Assembly: GCA_010093745.1 (NCBI GenBank)
Contig: MU005968.1
Span: 1 to 64,000, forward strand
Reading direction: 5' to 3'
Source of the DNA: Piedraia hortae CBS 480.64
Taxonomy: Eukaryota
DNA length: 64,000 nucleotides
Positions within the stretch are counted from its first letter, which is position 1, and the number at the start of each line of letters is the position of its first letter. Below, in pieces: positions 34,117 to 46,248 of the stretch. The notes under the pieces were generated by a model. That model made no database searches. It saw nothing but the letters and a program-made list of their open reading frames with translations, and was not told where the DNA came from. The translations under genes were made by a program, and so were the position numbers.

Positions 34117-36285
34117 ATGTATCGATATCTTCAGGACGACACCTAAATTGCTGCGCTTACTGATGTGAATAGACTCACTCAGTCAGCTGTGCATCCGACA
34201 AAATCTTGATCCCTTCCGATGAAGATATAAGACTTCTAAAAATACGTTACAAGACTGAAATCTTCTTCAATTTAAACACGTTGCCGCCGCCTAATCTATA
34301 TCTCTAGGCTCTCAGTGGTAATTCGATGGATCCTTTCACCTGCATTTCCTCTTCTACCCTGCGTGGAGATAGGATATAAGGACGCCTACTCTCAACATCT
34401 CAGGAGGACTCTACACATAACAAAACCATGTCGAAAATTGCTTTTGAAAACCATTCCAACGGTCTGGACCGGGAGTCGCTCGGACAAATGGTGGAAGTAA
34501 CGATGCAGTTCTATTGAGCTGGTAAAAGCGATAGGTTCAACCGTCATGTCAGATCTCTTCGGCAGCAAAACCTCAGAAGAGAGAGCAAGAAAGAAGATCC
34601 ATCATTGATACGATGATGCTAAACCTGCGGCGTCGGATGACGTATTAGGGGATATCCGATCCGGGCCGTGCCGGAATGTGGGGCTGTCTTGGCAAACAAA
34701 TCTTCTCTCCGTTTCTTCCTTCCGATAGTCACGATATCACACACACCTTTGTTCGTTCCACATTTCAACCAGAAGTGGAATGAGTAGATTCCGACTCCGT
34801 TCCGAGAGTCATGAGCCCGGAAAGTATTGTCTTGCAATAGGTATGCTGTGAACGCTGCACATCTCATGGACGTAAGTTTGCTTTCAACCTTTGCACTTAC
34901 ATGTTTCCTGACTGGCTAGTATTCGTTCACGACTGTGGTAGTGGACAGCGTCACCCTGGAGGAAGTTCGTGGCCGGCTTGTAAATGCGGTCCGCACCTCA
35001 GTCGGGATATTCTTTCGCGCAGCCAGTTTCCACTTAGTGGTCATGGGGGACTGGACCAACCGGTATCCCATAGCCAGCAGCATCTGTGAGCTAGTCCCCT
35101 GGGCCATTGAGCGCTACCACTGGCATCGAGCTCTGTCGTGGTTCGTGTTGGAGGCTGCCGCTTTGTTACTTGGTGCGATGGTCTTTTACCGCCTCGAAGC
35201 CCAGTCAGCCTGTTTATCGGTAAAATTGTTCCGCACATACAGCACGATGCTGTATTCCTATTGGCAGGTAGAGACAACGATCAGGTACAGGAATATCATG
35301 GTCAAGACATTTTCATACTCCATACCACGCTCGCGATCCCCACCTCGGTAGGCCACTCCAGAATAAGCGTTACATGGATCGTTGCTAATAAGATTAAGTA
35401 ACAGTTGAGAGGCAGACACTCATTCGTATGGTGTCTGGAAGGCGCAGTCAAACTACTTGTATCAAGAAGGCGATATAGGTCTGCTTGGCCTTGGCTGGTC
35501 CTCTCGCAGTCCAGGCACCAGCGGCTGAGCCACTGGTGGCACAAGCGCAAGCAGACCAAGCAGTGACGTCTCAGCCTCAAGCTGCCTGCTCGCAATACAT
35601 GCAGACGACCGCGTCAAGCAAGGGGCATGAGCAGGTTATCAGAGAACAACTTGCGCGACCCCCTTCAGCATGACAGAGGCTTTGGCGGTATGACACCATA
35701 CATATCTTGGGCAAACCTCATGCATCCGCAAGCTAACCGAGAATATGTCGACACAAGTCTACGAGCACGCAAACACACCCTTGAGAAGTACATGCGCGCG
35801 AATAAGCTGGAAGCTGGAGGTGTTCCTTGACTAGCGTGTACTTTTTGTTCCATAAAGGGCATCTTTGGTCCCGAACTTGTTTCTTCCAGTCGCACCTTTC
35901 AATCAAAGATTTGTCGTGTTCTATTGCTTTCTGTTTTCCATGCCGTCTTAATTTCATCGCCCACATGGAGTTACAATAACGCTGTAATACCTCCCGCTAC
36001 ACTGATTTTTTTATTCAACGATTCTCGTCTCTCATATATCTGTATTGGCCTCTGTCTTCTACGGTGAGGCTGACAAAACCAAAAAGCGCCAGTCCAAACA
36101 AGAGATGTGGTAGGGTGTGAGGCCAATGCGATTTCAATAGGTCCAGGAAAATCGGGTCGTGCCCACCCTTTTGTTCGGGCAGGCCTGTTGCTCGTTGAAG
36201 AGGCCATACCCTGATCTCGTCGACAGAGCTACACCATTTTCGGAAATCGGTTGGAAAAAAAAGGGGGGCTTCATCTCGGACAGAT

Positions 36286-36598
36286 TGTTGTGAAGAACCT
36301 GCTTTGCGCATCAAATCGGGCGAGTTTCGCGGCGCCTTCCGGGTTTCCCAAGATACCGTCGATGTACACTCGGGGCTTACCTCGGAGGTATTCCTTGCAA
36401 GGGGTTTCCGCCTTTAACACAAATGTAAAAGTAAATGGTGCCCTTCCACCGTCTGCAGGTACATTTGATGTTTGCGTCTAAGATGTGAAGCCTGAGCAAA
36501 AAGGTATGTGAAGCTGTGTGTATGTATGTGTATGTGACTATGTGCAGAGAGGTGACGCTGGGAACATGTCCCGCATTTGCCGAGACCACGCTGTGACA
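36286..36598. repeat. Possible eroded solo LTR
   Basis: Starts TGTTGTGA (same terminus as 37591), ends GTGACA, and carries the CCTC-GAGG motif of the other LTRs. Flanks AGAT/TGAT are only an imperfect TSD. Confidence 0.35.
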
Positions 36599-36639
36599 TG
36601 ATATCGTCGCCGGGATGAGGTGGAAAAGCCTACGAAGCC

Positions 36640-37430
36640 TCAGACACCCTATCTAGACCCAGGACTCGTCATGCTAGCATCAGGGTGGTTGAATCGCTCG
36701 TGGTTACTCTTGAAGCCGCTATGTCTCGAGCGACAGGCTAGTAAATGGCCGAGTGTGGCTCTGTTGAGCATGAGTTTTTTTAGGAACGCCCGACGGGATG
36801 GGTACGCCAAACTCTAGATAAACTTGGGGCCGGAGAGTGTCTTGCCGGTTCTGCAGGTTTTTCTGTAGTACGCATCTTGCCGTGCGACGGATGTATGCTA
36901 GGGTGGCACTTGGTTTGTCAGGGAAAAGGAGTGCTACTTCTTTGGCTAGCTCATCGGCACAATCGTTGCCGGAAATTTCATTGTGGCCTGCCATCCGGTG
37001 AACCAACGTGTCCCTCGTCTGCTGATGCGTGCTCGCTTTCTTCACCGGTTCGCGATGTAAGCAAACTCCATGATGGAGCTTTGGCTTGTGTCGGTCGGAG
37101 TGGCCCCCTTTTGCAGGTACTATGCCGCTGCTTGGTTGTTGAGAAATACGTGGATGTTCGTGGCGATGTGGGTTCCAGGGGAAATCACGGTAGCTTTTAG
37201 GCCGGCCAGTGTACCATCCACCTCCGCATCTAAGACCTCTGCTGTCTGGTCCAACTCGCCTTTGTCCTCCGTGATCGTGTATGAGATTTGCCGGAGAGTG
37301 TAACCCAACCGACCTGGCCCGACTCAAGCCTGAAGCCATCGGAGTAGACATGGATGTCTATGTCGTCGGTCAAACCGGGGGGTGTTCTTCTACGTCGTAT
37401 GCTCGTCTCTTGTCATGTTGCTCAGGCAGT
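36640..37430 (-). mobile_element. Degenerate non-LTR retrotransposon (Tad1/CgT1-like LINE) ORF2 3' fragment: RNase H and C-terminal region
   Basis: VYSDG (37349-37335), AEVLDAEVDG.LAGL, IHVFLNNQAA, GHNEISGNDCADELAK, ATLAYIRR, LACRSRHSGF..NHERFNH. Multiple stops and frameshifts. Confidence 0.85.
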
Positions 37431-37590
37431 AGGCACGATTCGACTAGGAGAGGCCTCCAAGATCAGAGTATGGTAATTAAGTTAAGAAATTTTTGTATCT
37501 ACTGCGGGGTCATGTGTCTGCCAAGACGGCACCTTCCGACCTCCACCCCAGTCCATTTGTTACGTGACATGATTTACGCCATTGAGACAT

Positions 37591-37859
37591 TGTTGTGACT
37601 AAGCCGACGCTGGTCATGTTGCTCCTCGGTAGCGCCCAGCACTAAGTTGCCCTACGCACTAGGACAAATGACCTGCAGAGGTTGGGGTGGCTAGAGAAAA
37701 GGCTGGTGAAGAGGTTGGAAAGAGGTTTGGCTCCTCAACGGAAGGCTGGGAGGCATCGGAGTTTATTGTATATAAAGTCAGTCCTTGAGAGGAAGAATAA
37801 CTGACATACAATTTAACTTTTTACCCCTCCACAGTCGTCCAATCTTTCTATTCATAATA
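37591..37859 (+). mobile_element. Solo LTR, 269 bp, with 5-bp TSD GACAT
   Basis: GACAT at 37586-37590 and 37860-37864. Termini TGTTGTGA...TCATAATA. Internal TATATAAA at ~37769. Confidence 0.8.
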
Positions 37860-38129
37860 GACATCTGTGTGTTATCTTGAATGAAAGTGAGAAAGACGCC
37901 GGCGGTCCTGCTTAGCTTCAACCCAGTTGCCGGCTTCACGACAACTTGACAGTCTGATTTGACTTTGTCCGCGTCAAATGCTGCATCGACAGTGAATGTG
38001 CATATATGACCGAAAACCGACTACCTTCAACTCCTCCTCAGGCTACATAGCTAAACACCACCCTATTGCCATGACACAAACGCTCAAATCACACCGCTCT
38101 TCTCGCTGCATAAATTCATTTGTGAAAGC

Positions 38130-38558
38130 TTAACGCCTCATACGTAGCCTCAATCGCTGTTCCTCCACCTCGCGAAACTCGACCCTCAACGCATCAGACT
38201 TCTCCCTGAGCCGTACAAAGCCCCGCTTAATCATCTCGCGTTCCCTATCGTATCTTTCCGGGTCCTCGAGCCGCTTTTGCTCCCTTCTCTCAACATCCCA
38301 TTCAAGGCCCCATTCATCACTGAACCTGGCGAGTTTCATATTGAGAATGTACATTTCGCGGTCGATGGCCTGTACTTCCTTTTGTATTCCAAGGTATTTC
38401 TTCTCAATTTCTTGGCAGGCTTTCAAGTAATCACTGCGACAATCGAGGGCACGCTCGCTCGAGAGGACGTAGGCCAGTATCTTAGTGAAAGTGTGCAGCA
38501 GGAGCATTGGGTATGTTGATATGATATCTGTGGCTTGAGGTGGAGTTTTGGGTGTCAA
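38130..38558 (-). CDS. Small orphan coiled-coil protein
   Basis: 142-codon E/R/K-rich helical ORF. The track start is TTG; a likelier ATG lies at ~38507. Confidence 0.45.
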   Translation of the reverse strand: MTPKTPPQATDIISTYPMLLLHTFTKILAYVLSSERALDCRSDYLKACQEIEKKYLGIQKEVQAIDREMYILNMKLARFSDEWGLEWDVERREQKRLEDPERYDREREMIKRGFVRLREKSDALRVEFREVEEQRLRLRMRR

Positions 38559-38750
38559 GCAAGAGACTCCTCCTGTGAAGGAATAAGCAGTTGTGAGTAC
38601 CTATGTACACTAAGCCTTTTAGGCCAGCCGAGACTTGAGTTACTGCTAGCTGCTTGGGCAGCTTGAGAGTCTCAACCGTTGCGATCGCGGGGAAGATGAC
38701 GTCACTCCAGTTCGACTTCGGAGATAAAATCTTTGGACACTACGCGCACT

Positions 38751-41282
38751 ATGGCCTCAGTAGACGAGCATTTACCGGCGTTTTTAGCTGCAACCGAACT
38801 CTCAGATATAGATCCAGAGCAGCCACCCTATGTCGGCGGCATTTTTTCCACTGTAACACCCTCAAATTTGGACAAGGCCCTCGAAATCCTTGCTGCAAGC
38901 TTTGGTCGCAGCAACATCTACTTCGGCGTAGAATCGCTAAGCGAAGTTGATGAGATTGTCGATCTTTTGGATGCCGGAGCGGCAAAAGTGTTTGTGTCCA
39001 GTCAGCAGCTTGCCCAGCTGCCACCAGACCTGGACCCCGGCCGCATCGTCGTCCACCCCACTGTATCGCCGGGAGAGGCAGAGGATCAGATCGAAGGCAC
39101 TGGATATGGCCTCTACCTACGAGGCGTGGGAGACGCGGGCGCAGTAGGTGCAATTCTGAAGGCAATGGGCAAGAGTCGTCCGCCAATTTACGTTTCCAAG
39201 AGAAATCCAGTGGAGGACGAGGTTGTAGAGCTGCGCCGGCAAAACGCAGTGCCGATAATAGATTCTGCAGCCCTCTCACTAGACGACGAAGTGGACGAGA
39301 GCCAGATAAGGGTCGCGTCCCTTGTGTTGGCGCAGGTCAAGAGCGATCGTCCAGATGGGCTTTTCCCGACATTAGTCACTGACGAGCGCGGTATTGCTCT
39401 CGGAATGGTTTACAGTAATGAGATTAGCGTTGCAGAGAGCATTCGCTCGGGTCGCGGTGTCTATTGGAGTCGCAAACGTGGGCTATGGCGCAAGGGCGAT
39501 CAAAGCGGCGATTGGCAGAAGCTTATTCATGTAGAAGTAGACTGCGACCACGACACTCTGAGATTTGTGGTTAGGCAGCAGGGCTTGGGCTTCTGCCATT
39601 TCCAAACGGCTACGTGTTTTGGAGATCACACAGGATTGTCAAAACTGGAAAAAACGCTGCAAGACCGTCTGAAGTCCGCTCCAGAAGGATCATATACGGC
39701 CAGGCTGTTTCATGATAAAAATCTGCTCAATGCCAAGATCATGGAAGAGGCATCGGAGCTGTGTGAAGCCACTGAAAAGGAACACATTGCCGCCGAGGCA
39801 GCCGATGTCTTTTACTTTGCGTTGACCAAAGCTGCTGCAGCTGGAGTCAGCCTTGCTGATATCGAGCGTAATCTAGATGGCAAGGCGTCCAAAGTCAAGC
39901 GACGGAAAGGTGATGCAAAAGGGCCTTTTGCCGCCCAATTCGGAGTGAGCAAAGAGCCAGAATCTGACCAAATTAAGATGAGGCGGATAGTTGTCTCGGA
40001 GGAGCAACCATCGAATGTGGTAGATGCACTCAAACGACCGTCTCAGAAATCCACAGACCAAATTATGAAGATTGCAACGTCGATTCTGCAATCTATACGT
40101 CAACGCGGCGATGAAGCGTTGTTGGAATACACACACAAATTCGAGAAAGCCACCTCACTGACCTCTCCCGTGTTGAAGGCGCCATTTGCACCGAGCCTTA
40201 TGAAGCTCTCAATGGAGACAAAGCAGGCGATTGACACAAGCTACGCCAACATTGAGAAATTCCACTCAGCACAGATAGAATCACGTCCCCTCATTGTCGA
40301 AACTATGCCTGGCGTGACGTGCACTCGATTTTTCCGTCCTATTGAGCGCGTTGGACTCTACATCCCCGGAGGCACAGCAGTCCTTCCCTCCACGGCCATG
40401 ATGCTTGGCGTTCCCGCCAAAGTGGCAGGATGCTCCAACATTGTCTTGGCTTCACCTCCGCGCAGCGACGGTAGCATAACTCCAGAAATCATCTACATTG
40501 CGCACAAAATAGGCGCCGAGAGCATTGTCCTTGCTGGAGGAGCACAAGCTATTGGAGCCCTTGCATATGGCACCTCTAGCGTTAGCAAAGTTGACAAGAT
40601 CCTTGGACCTGGAAACCAGTTTGTCACTGCTGCCAAGATGCTCGTGAGCAATGATACTTCGGCCGCCGTGTCAATTGACATGCCCGCCGGCCCGTCTGAA
40701 GTCCTTGTCGTTGCTGACGCAAGCGCAAACCCAGCCTTTGTAGCTTCTGACCTCCTTTCCCAGGCCGAACATGGCCCCGATAGCCAAGTGATTTGTATAA
40801 CCATCGGGCTCACCGAGTCTCAGGTTGATGCAATAAACACGGAGGTTCACAACCAAGCCACGGCTCTCCCGCGAGTGGACATCGTCAAAAAGTCCATTGC
40901 CCACAGCATGATTCTATCGGTTGACACTCTGCAACAGGCCATGGATCTTTCCAACGCGTATGCGCCAGAACATCTGATCCTTCAGATCAGCGATCCGCAC
41001 GCGGCGAGGGATCTGGTGGTCAACGCGGGCTCCGTTTTCTGCGGCCACTGGACGCCGGAATCTGTCGGTGACTATAGTGCGGGCGTCAACCATTCCCTAC
41101 CGACATACGGATTTGCGAAACAGTACTCGGGCGTGAACTTGGCTAGCTTTGGGAAACACATCACCAGTTCAGAGTGCACCGAAGAAGGTCTAAGGAATCT
41201 TGCACCTGCCGTAACGACCCTTGCAGGTGTTGAGGAGCTTGAGGCGCACAAAAGGGCGGTGGAAATTAGAGTCGGGAGGTAG
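38751..41282 (+). CDS. HIS4: Trifunctional histidine biosynthesis protein (PR-AMP cyclohydrolase, PR-ATP pyrophosphatase, histidinol dehydrogenase)
   Basis: YWSRKRGLWRKG..SG, DCDHD, FCH..TATCF; GSYTARL..KIMEEA.E; YIPGGTAVLPS, GPGNQFV, DMPAGPSE, QAEH, APEHL, GDYSAGVNHSLPT. Confidence 0.98.
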   Translation: MASVDEHLPAFLAATELSDIDPEQPPYVGGIFSTVTPSNLDKALEILAASFGRSNIYFGVESLSEVDEIVDLLDAGAAKVFVSSQQLAQLPPDLDPGRIVVHPTVSPGEAEDQIEGTGYGLYLRGVGDAGAVGAILKAMGKSRPPIYVSKRNPVEDEVVELRRQNAVPIIDSAALSLDDEVDESQIRVASLVLAQVKSDRPDGLFPTLVTDERGIALGMVYSNEISVAESIRSGRGVYWSRKRGLWRKGDQSGDWQKLIHVEVDCDHDTLRFVVRQQGLGFCHFQTATCFGDHTGLSKLEKTLQDRLKSAPEGSYTARLFHDKNLLNAKIMEEASELCEATEKEHIAAEAADVFYFALTKAAAAGVSLADIERNLDGKASKVKRRKGDAKGPFAAQFGVSKEPESDQIKMRRIVVSEEQPSNVVDALKRPSQKSTDQIMKIATSILQSIRQRGDEALLEYTHKFEKATSLTSPVLKAPFAPSLMKLSMETKQAIDTSYANIEKFHSAQIESRPLIVETMPGVTCTRFFRPIERVGLYIPGGTAVLPSTAMMLGVPAKVAGCSNIVLASPPRSDGSITPEIIYIAHKIGAESIVLAGGAQAIGALAYGTSSVSKVDKILGPGNQFVTAAKMLVSNDTSAAVSIDMPAGPSEVLVVADASANPAFVASDLLSQAEHGPDSQVICITIGLTESQVDAINTEVHNQATALPRVDIVKKSIAHSMILSVDTLQQAMDLSNAYAPEHLILQISDPHAARDLVVNAGSVFCGHWTPESVGDYSAGVNHSLPTYGFAKQYSGVNLASFGKHITSSECTEEGLRNLAPAVTTLAGVEELEAHKRAVEIRVGR

Positions 41283-42135
41283 AGAGGGCTGCTATAGGTT
41301 TTGACGACCAGGGAAAAATTATAGAGAGGAACCTCGTTCTTACAGTCAGACAATGTTATATTTAGTCTGATCCTGACGTGTTGTGAGCATTCAATCACTT
41401 GTAGAGATGCAACTGTTCCTTCTACCGGGATGTCTCATTCCGAGGACCATTCATATGCACCTCTGCAGAGGTACAGCGATAAGCCTAAGTTATGTGCAAA
41501 GCCTCTAGAGAAATGCATTTGCGAGAATACTGCGCTGAGGCAGATAGATGACCCCATAACATTTCCAATTTGATGACAGTAAGTCGTCCAGATTAACTTA
41601 CGAGTCAATATAAACCTCTATCGAGTCATGGCTGATCGTTTCATCCCCGTAGACTCGACTTTGGCTACGCCCAAGTCTCTCATCCGTGAGATTCTGCCAA
41701 ATTGGGAATCATTGCTTTGTCCTACTTCACTGTCAGCTCTGCTCAAAGTCTCAACCTCTTCGTTGGGAATAAAAAACTCAGAAGTGTTGAGAAGAATTTT
41801 GAAGCTGGCATGTAAGCAAGCCCAACCATCGCTCGAGGAGGTTGGATCAGATGGCCCCAGCTGCGGTCATCAATGGAAAGAGGAAAAAGGAAAGGACTTA
41901 CAGAACAAAACATTTATACGCCGCCAACGATTCTTTTCGGTGGACCGAGCATGACCGTCCCGAAGGTGTGATGCATTCTAACTTCACTTTGAAGCGAGGC
42001 CATGTGGAAATGGAAGGTGTCGTTGAGAGACACAACGCTAACCCGAAGTTGGATCGACGTCCAGGGTCTACGGAGCGGGCCGACTCCGTAGACTTCAGGT
42101 CGACGCGCGAAATCGCAAGACGCGCCAACTCAGTC

Positions 42136-44882
42136 ATGTCCTTCCAGTTCGTACAGCCAAGCACGCCTAATCGCGATAAGAGCTTCTTTACACTCGCTTC
42201 TACGACTCCCGCTGGGCCGCCGCCCCAATTTGATTACGCTTCCACAACACCAGCTGGTCCTCCGCCGGATTCTTCGCGCTATGGAAGTTCCTACATCTCC
42301 GGGCCGTTGCTGAAAAGCAGTATGCCCGGAAAGCTTGGGTTCAGGGTGCCGCCGAGTAGTCCGCCGTTTCAATACGACGAGGGTCAGGACGAAACATTGA
42401 AAAGCTCGGTATTCAGCAGCCGCGGTCTGAAGCGCAGCAGAAACGGCGAAGCCAAGCCGCAAACGGATTTTGGCAACATTGCGCGGGGACTGTGTGGAAA
42501 CGTCGGCACAGCAGACCTGGATGAGCCGGACGAGCTCATTCTAACGCAAGAAAGCATCTTGGCACGGATGCAAACCGATGCCGAGACAACAGGCGATAAG
42601 ATGGCGGCAGCGGGAGACGCCGTCAGCCAACTCACCGCAATGTGGCACCATCATGCAGACACTGTGACGATCGAAGGTGGAGTTGGCCCAGACACAGACG
42701 ATGGGCTTTCTGAGGCCTACTATCTTGCATCGCTGTTGTTCCAGCTGCACCATCCGCACGTCTTTCAACCAAATTCACTTGCACTATCCCGTATAGTCGC
42801 TGAGACGTGTGTGGATAGCGTTCCTCGCGTGTTGCTCGACTGGCTCAGCGTCCACCACAACCCTTTTCCTGATGATTATGAAGATGTCTACCATACCTCG
42901 CCATCTCCTGCTAGTCACGAAGGCTTCTGGGAGTGCGTCAACCATAACATTATGCGCGGCAAATTCTCCCGCGTCGTCAAGCTGCTGAGCTCGGCCGGCT
43001 GGGAGCACGCGGCAACGGCCCAGGACGACCGAGCTGACGACGATCACTACAGCGATCGACAGCTCGAAAGCATCCGTGCGGCTGTTGAGCCTTGCATCCG
43101 TCTTCTGCAGTCTTGCCCTGGCATGCGCTTTGCCGATTGGGACGTTACTGGTCCCGACTGGCTGATATTTCGCCAGCAGGTGGAGCAAGAACTCAGACAA
43201 CTGCAGGCCATGGCAGGCACCGATAAACCGCTCCATCCAACGCCACTTGGAATGGCGAGTTGTGTGGCTGAGAGTAAAGTGCCGTGGGCCGTGTTTCAGA
43301 GCCTCCAGTCATGCTACGGCCTGCTTCTGGGCAACGTGGATGATATCCTGGATGTAGCACAGGACTGGCTAGAGGGGGCCTTGTATCTTACAATCTGGTG
43401 GGATGGGCTTTTTGACGGTGAAATTCCCGATATGGAGCTCACTGACGCCTATCGCCAGCGCCTCGTCAACGTTTTTGCCATTGTCACGGACGTAGATGAT
43501 CCCGCGTACATCCCTGATGCTGCGACTCCAGTCCATGTTGGCCTCGCCTGCATCTTGACTGACAACGTCGACGGGACCATCAGTGTTTTGCAGTCTATGA
43601 GCATGCCCATCGCTGCTGCCACGGTTGAAGTTGCAACGCTTGGCGGTTGGCTACAATCGAAACGAACTCAGGCCTTATTTCACAATTTTGATGATGAGGA
43701 TCTGATGGTTCTCAGCCACGGACCGGGCCAAGGGGAACGCCCTATGGCCAACCATGATCAAATCCTCTCAGAATATGCAGAGTCGCTATCTCAAAGACCC
43801 ACGCTGCAGCTTGGGGACACGATACGAGACGGATGGGAGCCTGCTATGGCTATCCTCAATCGATTAGATGACGTTTTTCTTCTGCGTAAAAAAGTTTCTG
43901 AACTGCTAGACGGACTTGAGACCACTGACGAGTCCAAAATCAACCGAGTGTTGGCCGCGTGTGCCGAGCAGAATTTGACATCGCAGCTGCGCTCCATCTC
44001 AGAGGTAAGATATTTATAATGACACACCGAGGACGTGTGCTAACAATCCAGCGCTATGCCGAATACCTCATAAACCACGGCCAAGACTATGGATCTGCCC
44101 TTTGCTTCTTTGCACGTGCCCATGCGCCCGCCAAGATCAAGCAAGAGCTCGCAATACTGACCTCATTCTGTCTCGTGCAGTCCGCCGCCATCCCCATTAA
44201 AGCAGATCTCGATCCAGTGCTCGCTTCGCTCCTCAGCGACCGCTCAGCTCTAGTCGAGCTATCTAGCCAAGATCCCGAAGCGGCGGATATGCTATCCTCC
44301 TCACTCAGCGGTTATGCCACCCTCCGCCGCTTCTACAACCTCCGCGACAGCAGCATGAATCCATCTCTATCAACCAACCGCGAAGCGGCCACAGCACTAA
44401 TGGCCGTGCTCGAAAGCGCAGCGGACTGCATTCACGGTGGACTCTACGACCCGGACGTGGAAGTCATCATTCCCGTCGACGCCGTCGTCGTTCTCCTTGG
44501 CGAAAGCCTACCTCTCCTCGGCCAGACAAAGCGCATTTTCACCAAAGACCAAATCTTCACCCTCCTCCGAATTGTGGAGGACATAGACACTGCCCCCCGA
44601 CGCATTCGCCAGGGCGCAGAAACCCTCCTCGCGGCCTCGGTAGATTACCATCGTAGTATGCAAGACGGAGTTGTCCGTCCTCAGGATGTGAAATCCAACC
44701 CTGATCGCAGACTTTCGGGCGGGGGTAAGAGCAGTGCGGTAGTTAAGAGGGGATGGGATTGGCGAACGGGACTCGCGGGATTGAAGACTAAAGAGCTGGG
44801 AAATAAGGAAGTGCTAATGCTCGTTAGAGTCGCGCTGGCGCAGGAGGTTGCGCGCGGGTGGACAGGCGCGATTCACTGGTGA
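42136..44882 (+). CDS. NUP85: Nucleoporin Nup85; 2 exons
   Basis: STP-rich N-terminus, LLFQLHHP, LLDWL..HH.P, FW......MRG.F, DW.IFR, DWLEG...LTIWWDG, C-terminal RGWDWR. Intron 44005-44051. Start uncertain: in-frame ATGs exist upstream from 41851. Confidence 0.85.
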
Positions 44883-44949
44883 TTGTAGTGTATTCTAATG
44901 ATGGATCTTCCATAGGGTTGTAAGGTATAATGGTGGGTCGAGGTCTTCG

Positions 44950-46248
44950 AAGCGCATGTGTCGGTGGACTTTGTGGCAAGGGCAATCAGTGGTGAACAGT
45001 TCCTTTTCGAGCAATTCGAAGACGACAAGAATATCCCTGTCATGATTCCACTGAAAACCTAACTGAAACTTTAAGCGTGAACTCTGATTTGTAGTAGGCT
45101 TGGCAGCTTACGCGCTCAACTCAGTTCAACCTTGCCTCGCTTGAAAAAGTAGCTCCCTACCAGATGCTCTCTGCTCTCCAGTTCGTGGGCAACGTTTCGA
45201 GCAATCGAGGCTTTGCCTGTCCCTGACTTACCAAATAGCCAGTATACCCCCTGTTCAACGGCGGTGGTGGCCAAGTCCACTATGTTCTTTATGGTCTCCA
45301 CCCTGGTATCGCCCAGACACAAGTTTAACTCAAAGGCGTCTGTCGACTCGTAGGTCGCCTCAGCAGCATATTGCAAAGCACTCAGGTCTAGTGTTTATTG
45401 GACACCTTTTGACTCCTTTATCGCTTGCAGATCATTCTTCAGCCACTTCAGTTGTTGTGTTGCTCCTTCATCAACTCGTGATCGCAAGCCCTTGCATGAT
45501 CCTCAACGTTCATCAGCAGCTCCTTGTATTCATTCCTGAAGTTTGTTACTGCGTTACTAGCCACAGATTGTATCAGACGTTCGAATCTGGTCATGTCGCC
45601 AGTGTGCTGGCATCTGCCACAAATTCAAGAGTGCGGCCGTATAGCATGACAAAATTGCAATACAAGCCCCCGACCGCCAGCGTCCAACTGAGCTGGCTGT
45701 ATACGTCAAAGTATACGTTGAGGGAGAAGCCAGTGTCTAGCGTAGTTTCGATTCCCTCCCAAAGCGCCTCGCTTTGCTCAAGAGCCTTCTGAGCCTCCTG
45801 GAGGAATGATGTTATGACGAATTGCAATTGTAGATGAGCTGCTTAACATCAGGAGAAAGTGAATGCCGGCCCACCATAGACTCAGCAACTTCGCTTGGGC
45901 ATTCGTCGCCACGCCAAATACCGCCACGAATCTCATCATCTCACCCGCGGTTTTCCTCATTCGGATAATGTACGGGCCATATCTTTTCTCCTAGTATCGT
46001 TCTCTTAAAGGAACGAGCCCAGCCTAGTCTCGCGCAGGATCGTTCTTCAAGCAAACTTACTTTTCAATAAATTTTCGTTTACCGTCGGAAAGATGGCTTA
46101 GAGCATCATGCAGTAGCTTGTCCCTGTCCTTTAAGGAGATTCCTGATGTTTTGCCCAGTCCTGGAGTTTGGGAAGATGTACTTTTTGGCAACGAAGGAGG
46201 ATGGGAGGTGGGTGAAATCGACAAGTTCGACTTCGCCTTTGCGCGCAT
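44950..46248 (-). pseudogene. Truncated NACHT_N-NACHT NLR pseudogene, paralog of 481-5192
   Basis: LLHDALSHLSDGKR (cf. LAEEALERLTDDER), LWWAGIHFLL (cf. AVWAGISTLI), CLGDTRVETI...YWLFGKSGTGKASIA...GSYFFKRG. Many stops; WD40 part absent. Confidence 0.85.

Noticed and set aside
34600..35900. Short ORF fragments; similar ones at 46600-48150 and 53500-54850
   Set aside because: Probably decayed genes, but no family could be assigned.
38697..38704. TGACGTCA upstream of HIS4 as a Gcn4/CpcA site
   Set aside because: It is a CRE-type site rather than TGACTCA, occurs once, and lies only ~47 nt from the ATG.
41628..41954. 108-aa ORF upstream of and overlapping the NUP85 frame
   Set aside because: No recognisable motif; cannot be told from a chance ORF.
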